DNA of 64,000 bases, from assembly GCF_009914755.1 (NCBI RefSeq), contig NC_060927.1; one strand, written 5' to 3'. The stretch comes from the human T2T-CHM13v2.0 reference genome, Homo sapiens. Under the pieces are notes generated by a model. That model did not search any database. It saw nothing but the letters and a program-made list of their open reading frames with translations, and was not told the DNA's origin. Position numbers and translations under genes: made by a program. Each line of letters begins with the position of its first letter. Position 1 is the stretch's first letter. Shown here in pieces: positions 27,975 through 42,149 of this stretch.

Positions 27975-28090
27975 ATAGTTAGCATGTTTGTAATTCCAAG
28001 TTTAAACCTACTGTCCTGTTGTAATAATTGGGAATGCCTGCTTTACTCTTAAATATGTCCTGGTTTGGACAATAAAGAGAAGATCTACCA
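27975..28090 (-). mobile_element. MER94-like (hAT-Blackjack) MITE
   Basis: CCTACTGTCCTGTTGTAATAATT...TTTACTCTTAAATATGTCCTGGTTTGGACAATAAA. Confidence 0.5.
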
Positions 28091-30149
28091 TCACTGTAGT
28101 ATATCAAGTCTTAACAGCCCAAGTAAGGGGTTTATAGGAAGCATCAATAATGGACTTTGATTATGGAAGAGAAAAAAATAAGATCTGTGTTTTTAAAAAT
28201 AACTCAGGCATCAGTATTTGATGGATTGCAAATTTGTAAAATGTTGTAATTTCCAAATGCAAAGCAGTATACACACGTGCTTTGAAAGACACCGTGGGCA
28301 CTGGGGACATAAATCAGGGGGAGAAGATTTGAGAATGACATGTATCCTAGTGAGACCGAATCTTTAATCTTTGCAAACAAGCATCAAGCTAGGACTTGTT
28401 TCATTATTAAGGCCATGTGTGGCCTGAAACACTCAAAAAGACCAGACCTCAATAAATTTGGCCAAATTTTCAGTGGTGTGTGGGTTTTGATTTTTCTCAC
28501 TGCGTGACATAATGGTAATCCAGTCCAGAGTGAAAAACACAGTGTCATATCTAAGTCTTTATGACCCATGGACTGAGAATGGGGACCAGGTGAGCAAGCT
28601 CATCTGTGTGATAATAAAAGGGAGGGTGAAACAAGAGGAGAAGGAGAGAAGTGGTTGCTGTCAGATGTTTTAAGAACTGTCATTCATCTGAAAGAGCACA
28701 GGCGCCCAGCTCTTGTGAAAAGGAGTAAGCCTGTGTTATTTTCCTTACCTAGCTGATTTTCATGTGGATATGATTCTCAGTCCGAGATCCTTCTAAAAGA
28801 ACACATCAGCTCTCACGCAACATTCAAGAAACATGGAAAATAAGTGAACCTATGACTGAAAACTGAAGCCAGAATTTCTGCATTCCTGAAAGTACCCATA
28901 GTTCCTTTAATTATACTCAGGGCTTGTAAACAGGAAAGTGTTTCACAGATATAGAGAATCCAAGGGGTGAGCCAAAAAATAAAATAAATATATGGTTTGG
29001 CAAAACCAAACTAGATTAAAGCAACATGATTTTCTAAGAAAGAGAAATAGAGGAATAGTACCAATGATGGAATCATGAAAAATGCTACTTATTTGAGAAA
29101 GGTTTGTAACTGAGAGATTGTCAATTTTGATAAATATAACAAAGATACAGGAGATAAAATAAGAGGAAATATTTATTTTAAAAATTGTTATTTTAAGAAC
29201 ACAAAATCTCCTTTACCTATTGTCACATTTCCAAACTTTGCTTTCAGAGAGAGACAGAAAGATCCTAGAGTTTATTACTTCTGTGGTGATTACTGAAAAT
29301 AATATTTTAATAATGATCTCCAATATATTTTTACTATTAAATATCTTCATCTTGTTTTACTAATTCCTATTCGTCTAATTTCTGAGGTTTTACAGGCTCT
29401 TTCGTACTGCATTACTCTTAGCCAGATTCCTATCCATGCAACATAAGGAGGTCTCTGATGTCAAAATGAATCTCATATAATTTGTTAGTAAATCAGACCA
29501 ACAATTTAAGAAGTAGTTTTCAGAGAAAGCCCAATTGTGTTTAAATACATCTGCAAAGTACTTTGTTCCCCTCAGCATCTAGAAGGCACACATGAAATTG
29601 ATTGAGGTTATTAGACATGAAATACTTCAATCAAGTTATTCCACAAGAAGAAATAAGAATTTGTTATGTTCATTAGCAATTAATACGCAGGTTATCACTT
29701 GATTCATTAGCATGCTTTTGCAAACACAAGTTTGTTATCTAATTTGCCTTCCCAGAATTCCTCTCGCTTCTCACTCTCCCTGGCAGGAAGTCGCTGTGGT
29801 GACATCTGTTTCTTGTAGAACTATCAAGAACGATAAGCAACTTCTTGTGTTGCTTAAGTCATGGGTTTTTTCCTTCTTTTCTCCAACAGTTAATGTGCTT
29901 CTTTTCTGCCATATGGAAAAGATAAATACCAGAACCTAAAATATCAGAGTACTAGAGAAACGAGAATGAAACTCTTTGAACACTGACCATGAAGGAAGTA
30001 CTTAAGAAGTACGTTCAAAGGTGTTGGGATTTCTGTGTTTTTGCTATTAAAGTAGTGACCATATCAAAAATGTTAGCTGGCAAAATTTTTCCTTTATATC
30101 ATCCTATTCAAAATTCAAATAGGTGCAAAGAGGTAAAACCATACCTCAT

Positions 30150-30698
30150 TTCCAGTTATTTATTGCTGAACAACAAAACACCCCAAAAGTTTTTGACTTC
30201 AAATAACATTTTATAATTATCCTAATGGATCTGTGACTGACTACGCTCAACTAGGTGGTGGTCTCAGTTGGAGTCTCTTGTGCATCGCAATGAGATATTG
30301 GCTGGAAGTGCAGCCATCTGATGACTCGACAGGACTAGATAACCACAGTGGCCCATTCATATCACTGAGAGTTGATGAACGCTGTTGGTTGGGAGTTCAG
30401 CTGGGGCTGCAAATTTTAGCACTTAGACCAGCCTCTCCGAGTGGCTTGGACTTCTGATGGTATGGTAGTTTGGTTTCAAGAGAGAGTGTCCATAATACTC
30501 AGACAAAAAATGACAAGTTTTTTAATGACTCAGATTCAGAAGTCATGTGGCATCACTTCTGTCATATTTTACTGTTCAAAAAGTGAGTCACTGTGTCAAC
30601 CTAAATTGAAGAGGTAGGATCACACAAGGACCTGAATACAAGGTGGCATCTCTTTGGGAGGAAAGGAAGGAATACACCATTGAAGAGTAGATACCAGA
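30150..30698 (-). mobile_element. MLT1H-like MaLR solo LTR
   Basis: GCTGTTGGTTGGGAGTTCAGCTGGGGCTG...CAGAAGTCATGTGGCATCACTTCTGTCATATTTTACTG...CACACAAGGACCTGAATAC. Confidence 0.8.
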
Positions 30699-30989
30699 CC
30701 TCAAATTAAAACCTTATATGAAAAGCCAGAGAGAAATTTTATATAAAAAATATTCAAACTTAAAGAATTTATAGATTCAGGGTCCAGTTTGTTTTAAAAC
30801 ATATAATTTCATTCAGTGTCTAAGATTACTTTACATAATACCCAACTATATTGGATTTTGTATTTATAAATACATATTAATATACATATGTTTTAGTAAA
30901 TAAGATTTCACATTACTATCATTACTGCAATACTTATACTAGGGATAAGTTTTCCTTTTTCAATATTGATCATTTCCAATAATAATGGC

Positions 30990-31210
30990 TAGTGTTTACT
31001 GAGGATTAACAAAGTTGTAGAAATTGTCATGCTTTTGGTATATTAATCCCATAACAAATCTATAAAAGAAGTACTATTTATATCCTCACTTTATAGATGA
31101 AGACAAAGGCTCAAATATTAAGAATTGACTAATAATCTTATTGCTAATGAGTGACAGAGCTGCAACTTGGTACCAGGGAATCTGGATCCAGACCTCGTAC
31201 TCTTAAATAT
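30990..31210. mobile_element. MIR SINE
   Basis: ATCCTCACTTTATAGATGAAGACAAAGGCTC...GCTAATGAGTGACAGAGCTG. Confidence 0.6.
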
Positions 31211-31260
31211 AATAGCGGCTACAAAATATCTCAACAAGTACAAATGTGATCATGTTACCC

Positions 31261-31850
31261 TGCAATGGAATCTGGGTCAGAGTTTTAAGTAATGTCTATT
31301 CCCTCCAGCCAAAGACCAGGAACATGTGTAGTACAGCAAGCTGGGCGTATTACACATTGAGGCACTGAAGAACACCCAATGTGGAAACATGGAATGTCTC
31401 AGTAAGACGTTTTTAGAAAGAACCTATTATAGGATTTGGGCTTTGATTGGGTGAGTTTTGATAGGTTCTAAGAAAGCAGTGATTTGCTCTAGATTCAATG
31501 CCATAAGGAAGTGATGGCAATAATACGATTGGGTATCTCATGAAATATTATCTATAAGAAACGAAAACTTCAGGAAGGATAAAGCTGTAATTAAGGTAAA
31601 GAAATAGCAGTCACTCACACTAGCCAAGAAACAGTGATTCTTAGTATTTGGTGGTTTGCACAGTGACCTTGTTTTTCTCTGTGTTTAGGCAAAATTATTA
31701 AATGTTTGTTTTTATTTCACTTTATCATGATCTCATTGTCTAATGTTGATGTTCTGTATGATTGTTTATATCCAGCTTCTGTCCAACAGCAGAACAACAT
31801 GGCCTAGATGTGAGTGTCAGACCAATTCCTGGGTCAGAAGCTGCTTTCTT
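31261..31850 (-). mobile_element. MER90-like ERV1 solo LTR
   Basis: Right end TCCAACAGCAGAACAACATGGCCTAGATGTGAGTGTCAGACCAATTCCTGGGTCAGAAGCTGCTTT resembles the reverse MER90 start. Confidence 0.65.
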
Positions 31851-31879
31851 AAAATTTCTTCAAAAAATGTCTTAGTAGG

Positions 31880-32190
<311 letters not shown>

Positions 32191-32929
32191 CTAATTTTTT
32201 TGACTGAATATAGTGGATCCTATTTATTTTAGCACATTATTTTTCTTTAATGCTTAAAATGCAGAGTTAACACAAATAATCTAAACAAAGACACTGTATA
32301 TTTGTAATTTATAATTTTAAGTGATTTTGTTAGTAAAAATGTTTTATCAAAGATCATTTCATTATTAACTATCTCTATATAATAGGCATTTTATTTTAAA
32401 TTGCGTTGTCATATTATGAAGAAAAACAGTTTTAAAAAATAATGAATTTTTTTAGTGAAATTAAAGGAAAAAGGGCTGATACATTGACAGTGATGACTGG
32501 TTTTATATTAATTAGGTATATGTTTCAATATTAATGTTAAACTGCCTCTTTTACATTAATTGATTTTGGAATCATTTCTATACATTTATATTGAAATAAA
32601 AGACTAGAGATTTTGAAACAAGATATACTGAGAGGTCAACATGATACATAAGATTCATAAAAGTTTTATTCCATATAAATTGTTAGCAGTATACTGCAAT
32701 AAAATGAAGACTTAATTTTTACCCATTCAACATGTTGGCAGACTAGGTTAAATTTTGTTAAGATACTTAGCCAAGTCCAGAAAATCAGATTGGATAACAT
32801 CTCACCATAGGTAGAATTTAGCATTTAGGCTAAAGAACGTCACAAGGTGATTTAGTGCAGGAAAAATAAAAATAAAAACTATTTAGTTCATATAACTACT
32901 AAGTCTCATTTCTCTTACTGCATATTTTT

Positions 32930-33161
32930 GTTTATCCTTCAGGGCTCAGCTCAGTTTTCACTTCCCTTGCTTGAAATGATTGCTGTCCTTTGTGGTCCCT
33001 AAAACACTTTCAATAATTCTATCATTTTTGTCTGTCTATCCAACTAGACTGTGGGTTCTTCAAGAATAGAGTGATTCATCTCCTTACCTCAGTGCCTAAA
33101 ATAATGTCTGGCATATAATGAGTGTTCGAAAAATGCCTGTTGAATGAATGCATGAATGAAT
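32930..33161 (+). mobile_element. L2 3' end
   Basis: CAACTAGACTGTGGGTTCTTCAAGAATAGAG...GTCTGGCATATAATGAGTGTTCG...TGTTGAATGAATGCATGAATGAAT. Confidence 0.75.
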
Positions 33162-33370
33162 TCATAAATGTTAGCTTTTATTCTCAGCTCAGGGATAAAT
33201 TGGCTTAAGAATGTTCTTTCTCATAATTAACAAGGTAAGCATACAATAAGCAATCGGTTGACTTTAAAGGTGTAGTAATTTTCTAAATTATGCAGGAAAG
33301 CTCTAACATTATTTTTTGATGTAAAGTTACTCTTTTTATTTCCTATACCCATAAGACAAGATCTTTTCTT

Positions 33371-36167
33371 TTTTTTAACTTTTATTTTGGTTTCAGGAGT
33401 TCATGTGCAGGTTTGTTATACAGGTAAATTGCATGTCACAAGGATTTGATGTTCAGATTATTTTGTCACCCAAGTAATAAGTATAGTACCAGATAGGTAG
33501 TTTTTCTATCCTCACCCTCCTCCCACCCTCCACCCCCAAGTAGCCTCTGGAGTCTATAATTCCCTTCTTTGTGTCTGTGTGTACTCATTGTTTAGCTCCG
33601 ATGTATAAGTGAGAACATTCGGTATTTGGTTTTCTGTTCCTGTGTTACTCCACTTAGGATAATGGCCTCCAGATTTATCCATGTTGCTGAAAAGGACATG
33701 ATCTCATGTTTTATGGCTGCATAGTATTCCATGGTATATATGTACCACATTTTCTTTATCTGGTCTACCATTTGTGGGCATTTGGTTGATTCCATGTATT
33801 TGCTACTGTGAATAGTGGTGCAATGAACATATGCATGTATCTTTATGGTAGAATGATTTATATTCCTTTGGGTATATACTGAATAATGGGACTGATGGGT
33901 TGAATGGCAGTTCTATTTTAAGGTCTTTGAGAAATCACCACTGCTTTCCACAGTAGCTGAACTAATTTACATTCCCACCAGCAGTGTAAGAGCATTCCCT
34001 TTTCTCTGTAGCCTCACTAACATCTCTCATTTTTTGACTTTCTAATAATAACCATTCTGATAGGCGTGAGATGGTATCTCATTGTGGTCATGATTTGCAT
34101 TTCTCTAATGATTAGTGATGTTGAGCATTTTTTCCTATTCTTGTTGATCACATGTATGTCTTCTTTTGAAAAGTGTCTGTTCTTGTCTGTATTAGGGTTC
34201 TCTAGAGGGACAGAATGAATAAGACAGATGTATATATAAGGGGAGTTTATTAAGGAGTATTGACTCACAGGATCACAAGGTGAAGTCCCACAACAGACCA
34301 TCTGCTAGCTGAGGAGCAAGGAAGCCAGTCTGAGTCCCAAAACCACAAAAGTAAGGAAGCCAACAGTATAGCCTTCAGTCTGTGGCCAGAGGCTCGAGAA
34401 CCCCTGGCAAACCACTAGCGTAAGTCCAATAATTCAAAAGCTAAGGAACTTAGAGTCTGATGTTTGAGGGCAGGACGCATCCAGCATGGGAGAAAGATGA
34501 AGTCAGGAAGACTCAGCAAGTCTGCTCATTCCACTTTCTTCTGCCTGCTTTATTCTAGTTGCACTGGCAGCTGATTAGATGGTGCCCTTCCAGATTGGGG
34601 GTGGGTCTGCCTCTCCCAGTCCATTGACTCAAATGTTAATCTCCTTTGGCAACACCCTCACACACACACACCCAGGAACAATATTTTACATCCTTCAATC
34701 CAATCAAGTTGACACACAATATTAACCATCACGAGTATTATGCTAGTGAGTCACTAGGATGTCTTTTGCCCACTTTTTAAGGGTGTTGTTTGTTGTTTGC
34801 TTGCTTGTTTAAGGTACTTATAGATTCTGGATATTAGACCTTGTCAGATACATAGTTTAAGAATATTTGCTTCAATTCTGTGGGTTTTCTGTTTACTATG
34901 TTGATAGCTTCTTTTGTTGTGCAGAAGTTGTTTAGTTTAACTAGGTTTCATTTACCAATTTTGTTTTTGCTGCAATTGCTTTTGGCCTTTTCGTCATGAA
35001 ATCTTTGCCCCTTCCTAAGTCTGGAATAGTATTTCCTAGGTTTTCTTCAAGAGTTTTTATAGTTTTAGACATGACATTTAAGTATTTAATCCATCTTGAG
35101 TTGATTTTTGAATATGGTGTAAGGAAGGGGTCCAGTTTTAATGTGCATATTTCTAGCCAGTTATCCCAGCACCAGTTATTGAATAGGGATTCTTTTCCCC
35201 ATTGCTTGTTTTCTTGACTTTGTTGAAGATCAGATAGTGGTAGATGTGTGGCCTTTTTTCTGGGTTCTCTATTCTGTCCCATTGGCCTATGTGTCTGCTT
35301 TTGTACCAGTAACATGTTGTTTTGGTTACAGTAGCCTTGTAGTATAGCTTGAAGTTGCGTAATGCGATTCTTCCAATGTTGTTTGTTTTGCTTAGGAATG
35401 CTTTGGTTATTCAGGCTCTTTTTTTGGTCCATGTGATTTTTAGAATTTTCTAATTCTATGAAGATTGTCATTGGTAGTTTGAAAAGAATAGCATTGGATC
35501 TGTACATTGCTTTGGGCAGTATGACTATTTTAATAATATTGATTCTTCCCATGAGCATGAAATGTTTCCCATTTGTTTGTGTCATCTCTGGTTTCTTTCA
35601 GCAGTGTCTTGTAATTCTCATTGTGGAGATATTTCATCTGCCTTGTTAGCTGTATTTCTAGGCATTTAATTTTTATGTGGCTATTGTGAATGAGATTGCA
35701 CTCTTGGTTTGGACTCAGCTTGAATATTGCTGGTGAATAAAAATACTACTGATTTTTGTACATCGATTTTTGTATCCTGAAACTTTCTGAAGTTGTTTAT
35801 CAGATCTAGATGCTTTTGGGCAGAGGCTATAGGGTTTTCTAGTTATAAAATCATATTATCTGCAAACGGATATAGTTTGACTTCTTATTATTATTTGGAT
35901 GCCTTTTCTTTCTTTCTCTTGCCTGATTGCTCTGGCTAGGACTTCCAGTACTATGTTGAATAAGAGTGATGAGAGAGGATATCCTTGTCTTGTTCCAGTT
36001 CTCAAGGGGGGATGCTTCCAGCTATTGCCCATTCAGTATAATAATACTGGCTGTGGGTTTGTCATAGATGACTCTTATTATTTCGAGATATGTTCCTTCA
36101 ATGCCTAGTTTGTTGAGGGTTTTTACTATGAAGGGATGCTGAATTTTATTGAAAGCCATTTTTGCAG
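33371..36167 (-). mobile_element. 5'-truncated old L1PA (L1PA13-16-like), 3' part of ORF2 plus 3' UTR, interrupted by MLT2A2
   Basis: Poly(T) at left; ORF2 remnants ([22 protein letters not shown]..., WGKESLFNNWCWDNW, MWYIYTMEYYAAIK); 14-bp TSD CAAGAT(C/G)TTTTCTT at 33357-33370 and 36168-36181. Confidence 0.93.
34188..34733 (-). mobile_element. MLT2A2 (HERV-L) solo LTR inside the L1
   Basis: TGTATTAGGGTTCTCTAGAGGGACAGAA...CAATCCAATCAAGTTGACACACAATATTAACCATCAC. Confidence 0.92.
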
Positions 36168-37569
36168 CAAGATGTTTTCTTGGGACTGTTTTGTTGTTTT
36201 GTTTTTGGAATTTGTTTTAGAAAATATAAAACAGGTGTGGATCATCTGTAGTCATTTAAAGAAACTTGAAAGTGAAATTTTGAGTGTATACTTCATAAAA
36301 CACATACAAAGTTAGCTTAATTTCAAAAGCAAATAAAACAAATGTTGATATGTATAAATACCACATAAAAAGTGTTGAAATTAATATCAGAACTTCAGAA
36401 AATGAACCCCCAATGTCTAGAATGCTAAGACAAGAACAAGTAAAACAAATTTGTTAATTCACAGATATTTATAGCCATATATAAAGTACTAAATATAACA
36501 TTGCTATAGACTATTATTCAGGGCAAATTCATAATTTTTTTTGAAATAAGACCTTACAAAAAGGTCTTCATAGTTTTATTCTATAAATTAGTAAGCAAAC
36601 ATTATGAAATTAGCCTTATTTTGTTAACTATTATTACTCTTAAGTGCAAAAAATGAGCAAATTCTTTCCAATAATTCCGGTTGCACCAATTAATAATAAT
36701 TGTGTCAATTGTAATAGTATCTAGAGTAATCATTCTATCTCTTATAATTTTATTATAGTCTGCATGTAGAACAGACCTGATTTGATTCCCAAATATCTTG
36801 AGAAAAGTGTAAAGAGATGTAATTCAAAGAGGAGCCATTTTTCTTTAATAAAGTAAAAATAAATATTTTATTCATTCTTCCTGAAAAATGCACTGTAACC
36901 TATTAGTACTAAAATGAAATTCAAATCTTGTATAATGAACCACAGGAAATTTATGAACATATTCATATATCTGCATGGAGCCATATTTCTGAGGAATGGG
37001 GAGAAACAAACTGCCAAAATGGAGGTTATAAATAGGTTTTCTTGGCTTTATTCATATAGATCTTTAGATCCCCGGTTAGAAAAGCATGCACTATAGTACA
37101 TAGACGTTTTTACTATAAATATATGAGAGACACATAGTAAATTTTGGGGAACATTTTATGCCATTGTAACAGTGAAATATTTCACTGCTAAAAGAAATCT
37201 AATAGAATTACCATGAAAGTGTACAAAATAGCACTCTATCCCATCCTTTACCCCCTCACCTGGGTCCTGACAGTCTCTCCCCCTCCATCTTTCTCCTATT
37301 CTCTGTCTCTCCAACTGTTAAACCCTAAAAGTTGGAAGTACTTTTTTATATTAAAGAACAACATTTTATCAAAAATTTTTATTGCTAAACACCTGAATAT
37401 TTGAAGACTTTATTCGTAAGAAATACTCTATAACTTAAAAAAGTAGCAGGTAATAATTCACAGTCCAAATGCTATTCATCATTTACCAAATAATTATTAC
37501 ATCAGCATTTGTGATCCAAGTTATGTTGCTAGTGATTAGCATGACTGTAACCAACCTTTAGGTGTGGGA

Positions 37570-37750
37570 TATTAATAAAATTTTCATTAAGTGCTTGCTA
37601 TATGCCAGATGAATACTTTGTGATAACTTAGGTTCATAGAAGCTAAGTAATTTGCACAATGTTATAAAACCGGTAAGTGGCAGAATCAGGATTAAAATAC
37701 AGCCAGACTGGCTTTTGTACCCCTACACTGAACCTCTACGCTATACTGTC
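37570..37750. mobile_element. MIR SINE
   Basis: AAGTGCTTGCTATATGCCAG...CTAAGTAATTTGCACAATG...TAAGTGGCAGAATCAGGATT. Confidence 0.55.
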
Positions 37751-38194
37751 CTTGCTATAGAACATCTGGTGGCTCTTCTTTTATAGATAAGGAGACCAAG
37801 ATCCACTGAATAAGTTGTGCAAAGTTATTTTTCTCTCAGTATCATAGATTTCCACTTTTCTCGTTCTAATTGCCCCCTTGGAAAACCTGTGCCTTTCTCC
37901 AGGGGCCCAATATTTTATTAGCTCCATCCACAGGCCAGCCTTGGGCAACATTCCCGGTGTACCTTGACTTTGGCTTAGGCCATTTGGCCAAAGTAGAAAG
38001 GTCCTGAAGTATACGGGCTAGGCCAGAGAGTGGCAGTTTTAGATCAACAACAGAATCTGAAAAAGAGACAGATAAATAATGAGGAGAGGGAGAAATCTTG
38101 CAAACATAAAAGGGGAGAATGGGGGAAATTAATCTGCAAAAGAGACTATCTTTAGAAGAAGAGAAAATTTTCTGGATTTCAATATTTGGGGAAT

Positions 38195-38905
38195 GATATA
38201 TTGGTTATATTCTAGTTGCCTCTCTACTATGACTGAATGTTTGTTCCACCTACCCACCAACAATTTATATGTTGAAATCCTATTCCCCCAAAACAATGGT
38301 ATTTGGAGATAGGGTCTTTGAGAGATAATTAGGTCATGAGAGTGGAGCCCTCAAGATTGGACTAGAGCCTTTATAAAAAAAGACAGGAGAGAACTTGTTT
38401 CCTCTCCCTTGGATCTAGGCCATGCAAAGATACAGCTACAAGGCAGCTGTCTGTAAGCTATGATGTAGTTCATCACCAGACACCTGATCTTGAATTTCCC
38501 AGCCTGCAGAATTGTGAGACATAAATGTTTGTTATTTCAGTCACACCATCTATGGCATTATTGTTGTGGCAGCCCAAACTGATCCAGACATCCTCCAAAT
38601 TCATTCTTCACACATGGGTTCTTTTTCCTCTGTCAATGGAAGTTACCAGCAGGCTTTGGAGGATAAGAGTGCTATGTCAGGTATTTATGCCCCTGGTTCC
38701 CTTACTGCTAGATTCTTGTGGCTTGGCTGTGAAGTTCCTCAAATGACTCCTTCTCATCAGGCTATTGGCCCTCTCGTTATACTCTTCTTCCAGGAACCAC
38801 CTCTTCCCCTTCCCCCTTCAGATCTAGCAGTGATGATGGCTCTGTGTTGTTGTTAACCCTAGATTACGGCATGCTTTTGGTGGTGTCTTTAAGTCCCTGA
38901 CTGAG
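38195..38905. mobile_element. LTR33-like ERVL LTR split by MLT1A0
   Basis: GTCAGGTATTTATGCCCCTGGTTCCCTT...CCCCTTCAGATCTAGCAGTGATGATGGCTCT...GTTAACCCTAG. Confidence 0.5.
38225..38590 (+). mobile_element. MLT1A0-type MaLR solo LTR
   Basis: TTATATGTTGAAATCCTA...GGTCATGAGAGTGGAGCCCTC...TTCCCAGCCTGCAGAATTGTGAGA...GGCAGCCCAAACTGATCCAGACA. Confidence 0.85.
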
Positions 38906-39369
38906 ACAGTAAACCTGGAAGATGGGAAAGAAGTAGTCAATAAAATCTGATTGAGCAGAAAGTACAGAATACAGAGAAGCATATTTTACCTGATTATTAT
39001 TAAGAAAGATTTTCTGAACAATAACAATGCAGTGTGCAGCCTGAAGAAACAGAAATGTCACCATTTGAAGATGAAAGTCAGGCAATTAAAGGTATTTAGT
39101 AAAGTAAGAATTTCAGGATGTAGGCCCAAAACTTACAAGAAATAAAATCAAAATCAATCTGTGGTTGTTCAAAGTGTCCTATACCAAGTACTTTGGAGGG
39201 CCTCACCATTTCATAGCACTCATTTAATCAAACATTTTACTTTAATTTAGATCCAGTCTTTGTATATTAGTGTTATAAAAGGAAGGCTAACTATAAAAGA
39301 AAAATAAGAATATATTAGGCTTAGTGTCCTATTAGATACTTAGAACTTGGCTAAATACTTTTTAACATC

Positions 39370-39930
39370 AGGTTTCTTGAGCTTTAATTTACAAATAGTA
39401 GTATTCACCTTGTTTGAGTGTATAGTTCTGAGTTTTGACTGACATATATACTCATGTTACCCCCACCAAAATTAAGATATAGAATATTCCCTTCAAACCA
39501 AAAAATTTATTGGTGGCCATTTATAATCAGTTCCCTCCACCAAACTCAAGTACCAGACATTAGCAACTGCTCATCTGATTTCTGTCCCTACAGTTTTCTG
39601 TTTTCCCAGAATTTCAAATAAATAGAATCTTACAGTATGTAGCCTTTTATGTCTGACTTATTTCCCTTAGCATAGTGTTTTGGAGAGTCATCCTTATTAT
39701 TCTATCAATACTATACAAACTATGTATCAAGAATTCATTCCTAGTTGCTGAGAAATACAGTATTTTATAGATGTACCACAATTTTTTATCCATTTTCCTG
39801 TTGATGAACTTTTGGGTTATTTCTAGTTTGGGGTGATTATGAATAAAGTATCTACAAGTATTCAGGTAAGTTTTCTATGTTTTCATTTCTTCAGGGTAAA
39901 TACATATAAATGGGAATGTTGGGTTATATA
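39370..39930 (-). mobile_element. Old L1M (L1ME/MB-like) 3' fragment
   Basis: AATTAAGATATAGAATATTCCC...GAATTTCAAATAAATAGAATCTTACAGTATGTAGCC...TACCACAATTTTTTATCCATT. Confidence 0.8.
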
Positions 39931-39949
39931 GAGCTATATAGAAATTCTC

Positions 39950-40080
39950 TAGGCCATAGTTTCTTCATTTATAAAATAGAGATAAATTGTTTTTGTGTGG
40001 ATTAAATGGGTAAACATGATGTGGCATTTAGAATAGTCTCTGGCACATAGTAAAAACTCAATAAATGCTAGTTATTAACA
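39950..40080. mobile_element. MIR SINE
   Basis: AGTTTCTTCATTTATAAAATAG...TGGCACATAGTAAAAACTCAATAAATGCTAGTTATT. Confidence 0.6.
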
Positions 40081-42149
40081 TTATCAGGGACATATTGTCA
40101 ATTCCAGTCCAAATCCCAAATTGGCCTCTTGCCTGAAATTCTTTTAAGTTCAGAAGGATCTGTATCTGTGGATGTGTTTATTTATTTTGTTCTTTGTTCC
40201 AGCAGAGTTTAAGAAGACATCTGTCAATAATAGAGAACTGAAGCTTACCTGAAGATAATAAATGATAACATTTGAATTTTGTTTCATCTTTGGAGTTTAA
40301 GATTCAGCTTCATAGTGGCAGGATAATCAGCAGACACTCATACATAATAGTATGGCCTTTAAAATACCCCATCAATATTTATCAACTTATACGCCTATGT
40401 AATAATACTGATCCCTACAATAGCACTCCATTCCTTTAGTTCTAGTTTACAAGATAAAAGAAATAAGGCATGAGCAATTAGAACATGTCAATAGAAAGCT
40501 TAGCATTAAAGACAGAACCAGAATTAAATATTCCTAAGGTGTTTGTCTCCTATTTATTTATCAGACCACACTGGCCTTATAAGTGTTTGTGTATGTGTGT
40601 GTGTTAAATAACATACTCATTAACAAAAAGAGTTCTGCAATTGAATTAATTTTATCTTTCAACCTTAGAATTTTAGACTCTTTATGACTCCCAAATGCTA
40701 TAAAAAACACCTATATTCAATATTCTTAATCTTTCTCTTGCTTGGCAAGTTATTAATATAATATCAATGACAGGAAAAAAATACAAAATCTCTAAGTTTC
40801 CTCTCAAAAGATAAAAATTAAAGAGCAAAATCTGTGAGTTCTAAATTGTGTATTCTCTCTAACACTTTGCCCTGTATATTTTAGAATTATTTTTGTTAGT
40901 TTGAGACAATTTTTGATAGTTTATTTAGAATATTTATATAGTGTAAGAAAAATCCATTTCTGTTAAGGCATACACACACACAAACCCTAATATATTCAAA
41001 AGAATTCAATAAGCCACCTAAATGAAACTGTTACAAATGGGAATTATGCATGTGAAATAGGCTCAAATTTCTTTTAGCAAATTTCCCATCCTTTGGATTC
41101 ACCTGATGTTTGAGCTCATGCAGTCCTGAAGAAAATCCAGCTCGGAGTGAAATTTAGGAGGGCAGAACAAAGCAGTCAAATCCAAGTGATGAGAGCTGTC
41201 AATAGATCTGCCATGGGATAAAATTGGCAGGTTCTGCTTGGCTCTAGTCACAGGTGGAACATAATTTGATGGCTTTATCTATACCTCTCCTGAGCATTTT
41301 TTTCCACATCATGGAAATCTGGTTCAATTCAGTCTGACAGATGGATATCCGACTTGTAGAAATGTGGGAGCCCTTGCAACTCACACTAAAAGAAACATGA
41401 CCGCCAGCCTTCTTGGGAACAGAGATACAAAGTCAGAAAGTTGTGATATTGGGGACATCTGTTACTGAGTTTCATGTTCCTAGCCCAGGCATGCACTGTG
41501 TGAACCATAATATACATATGGCCCCCTGCAGATAAATTTGTTACCTTGATTAAGCTTCTGGAAAGAAGAACCAGAGGAGTTGCATAAATGTTGGATTTAC
41601 CTAATTGCATTTAAATCGTTCTCTGAACATAACAAATGTGATTTAGCTCTGCAGGTTCACTGTCGCCGATATACTAAATATATTTGGGGCCCTGACTCTG
41701 ATCACCAGGATCAACTAAAGGGGTTAATGGTCATGAAAATGTTATTTAATGTCACTTTAGGGGTATTTGCAGTTTTTATTCAAAATTTGAAGAAATTCAG
41801 GATGTTAGTTCATGAATATCACAAAATGCTACAGTTTTTTTCCTTTCCTGGTTGCTCTGTCTCCCCATAAATTGTGTTTTCACTTTATATGTTTGGAAAT
41901 GCAAGATGCAAATGGCTAACTGGAGAAAGGATGATGCATTGGGTAACAAATGAGCTTTCAAAGAAGTTCACATTTAAAACAAATTTGGCTGTATTTTTTC
42001 AGGTTGACAATCTATACAAATATGTGCAAGTTGAAGTTTCTCACCATTTCTCTCTTATCACCTGCATAACATACACAATTCCATAGAACACCAACCCTGT
42101 GCTCAGCTTTTACTGAAGGACTTGCAATTGGTGCCCTTGCAGTAATGTA

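Noticed and set aside
34941-35585. 214-aa ORF
   Set aside because: Frameshifted L1 ORF2 remnant, not a host gene.
37760-37776. CTCF-like motif (also at ~55812-55828)
   Set aside because: Only partial core matches, with mismatches at key positions.
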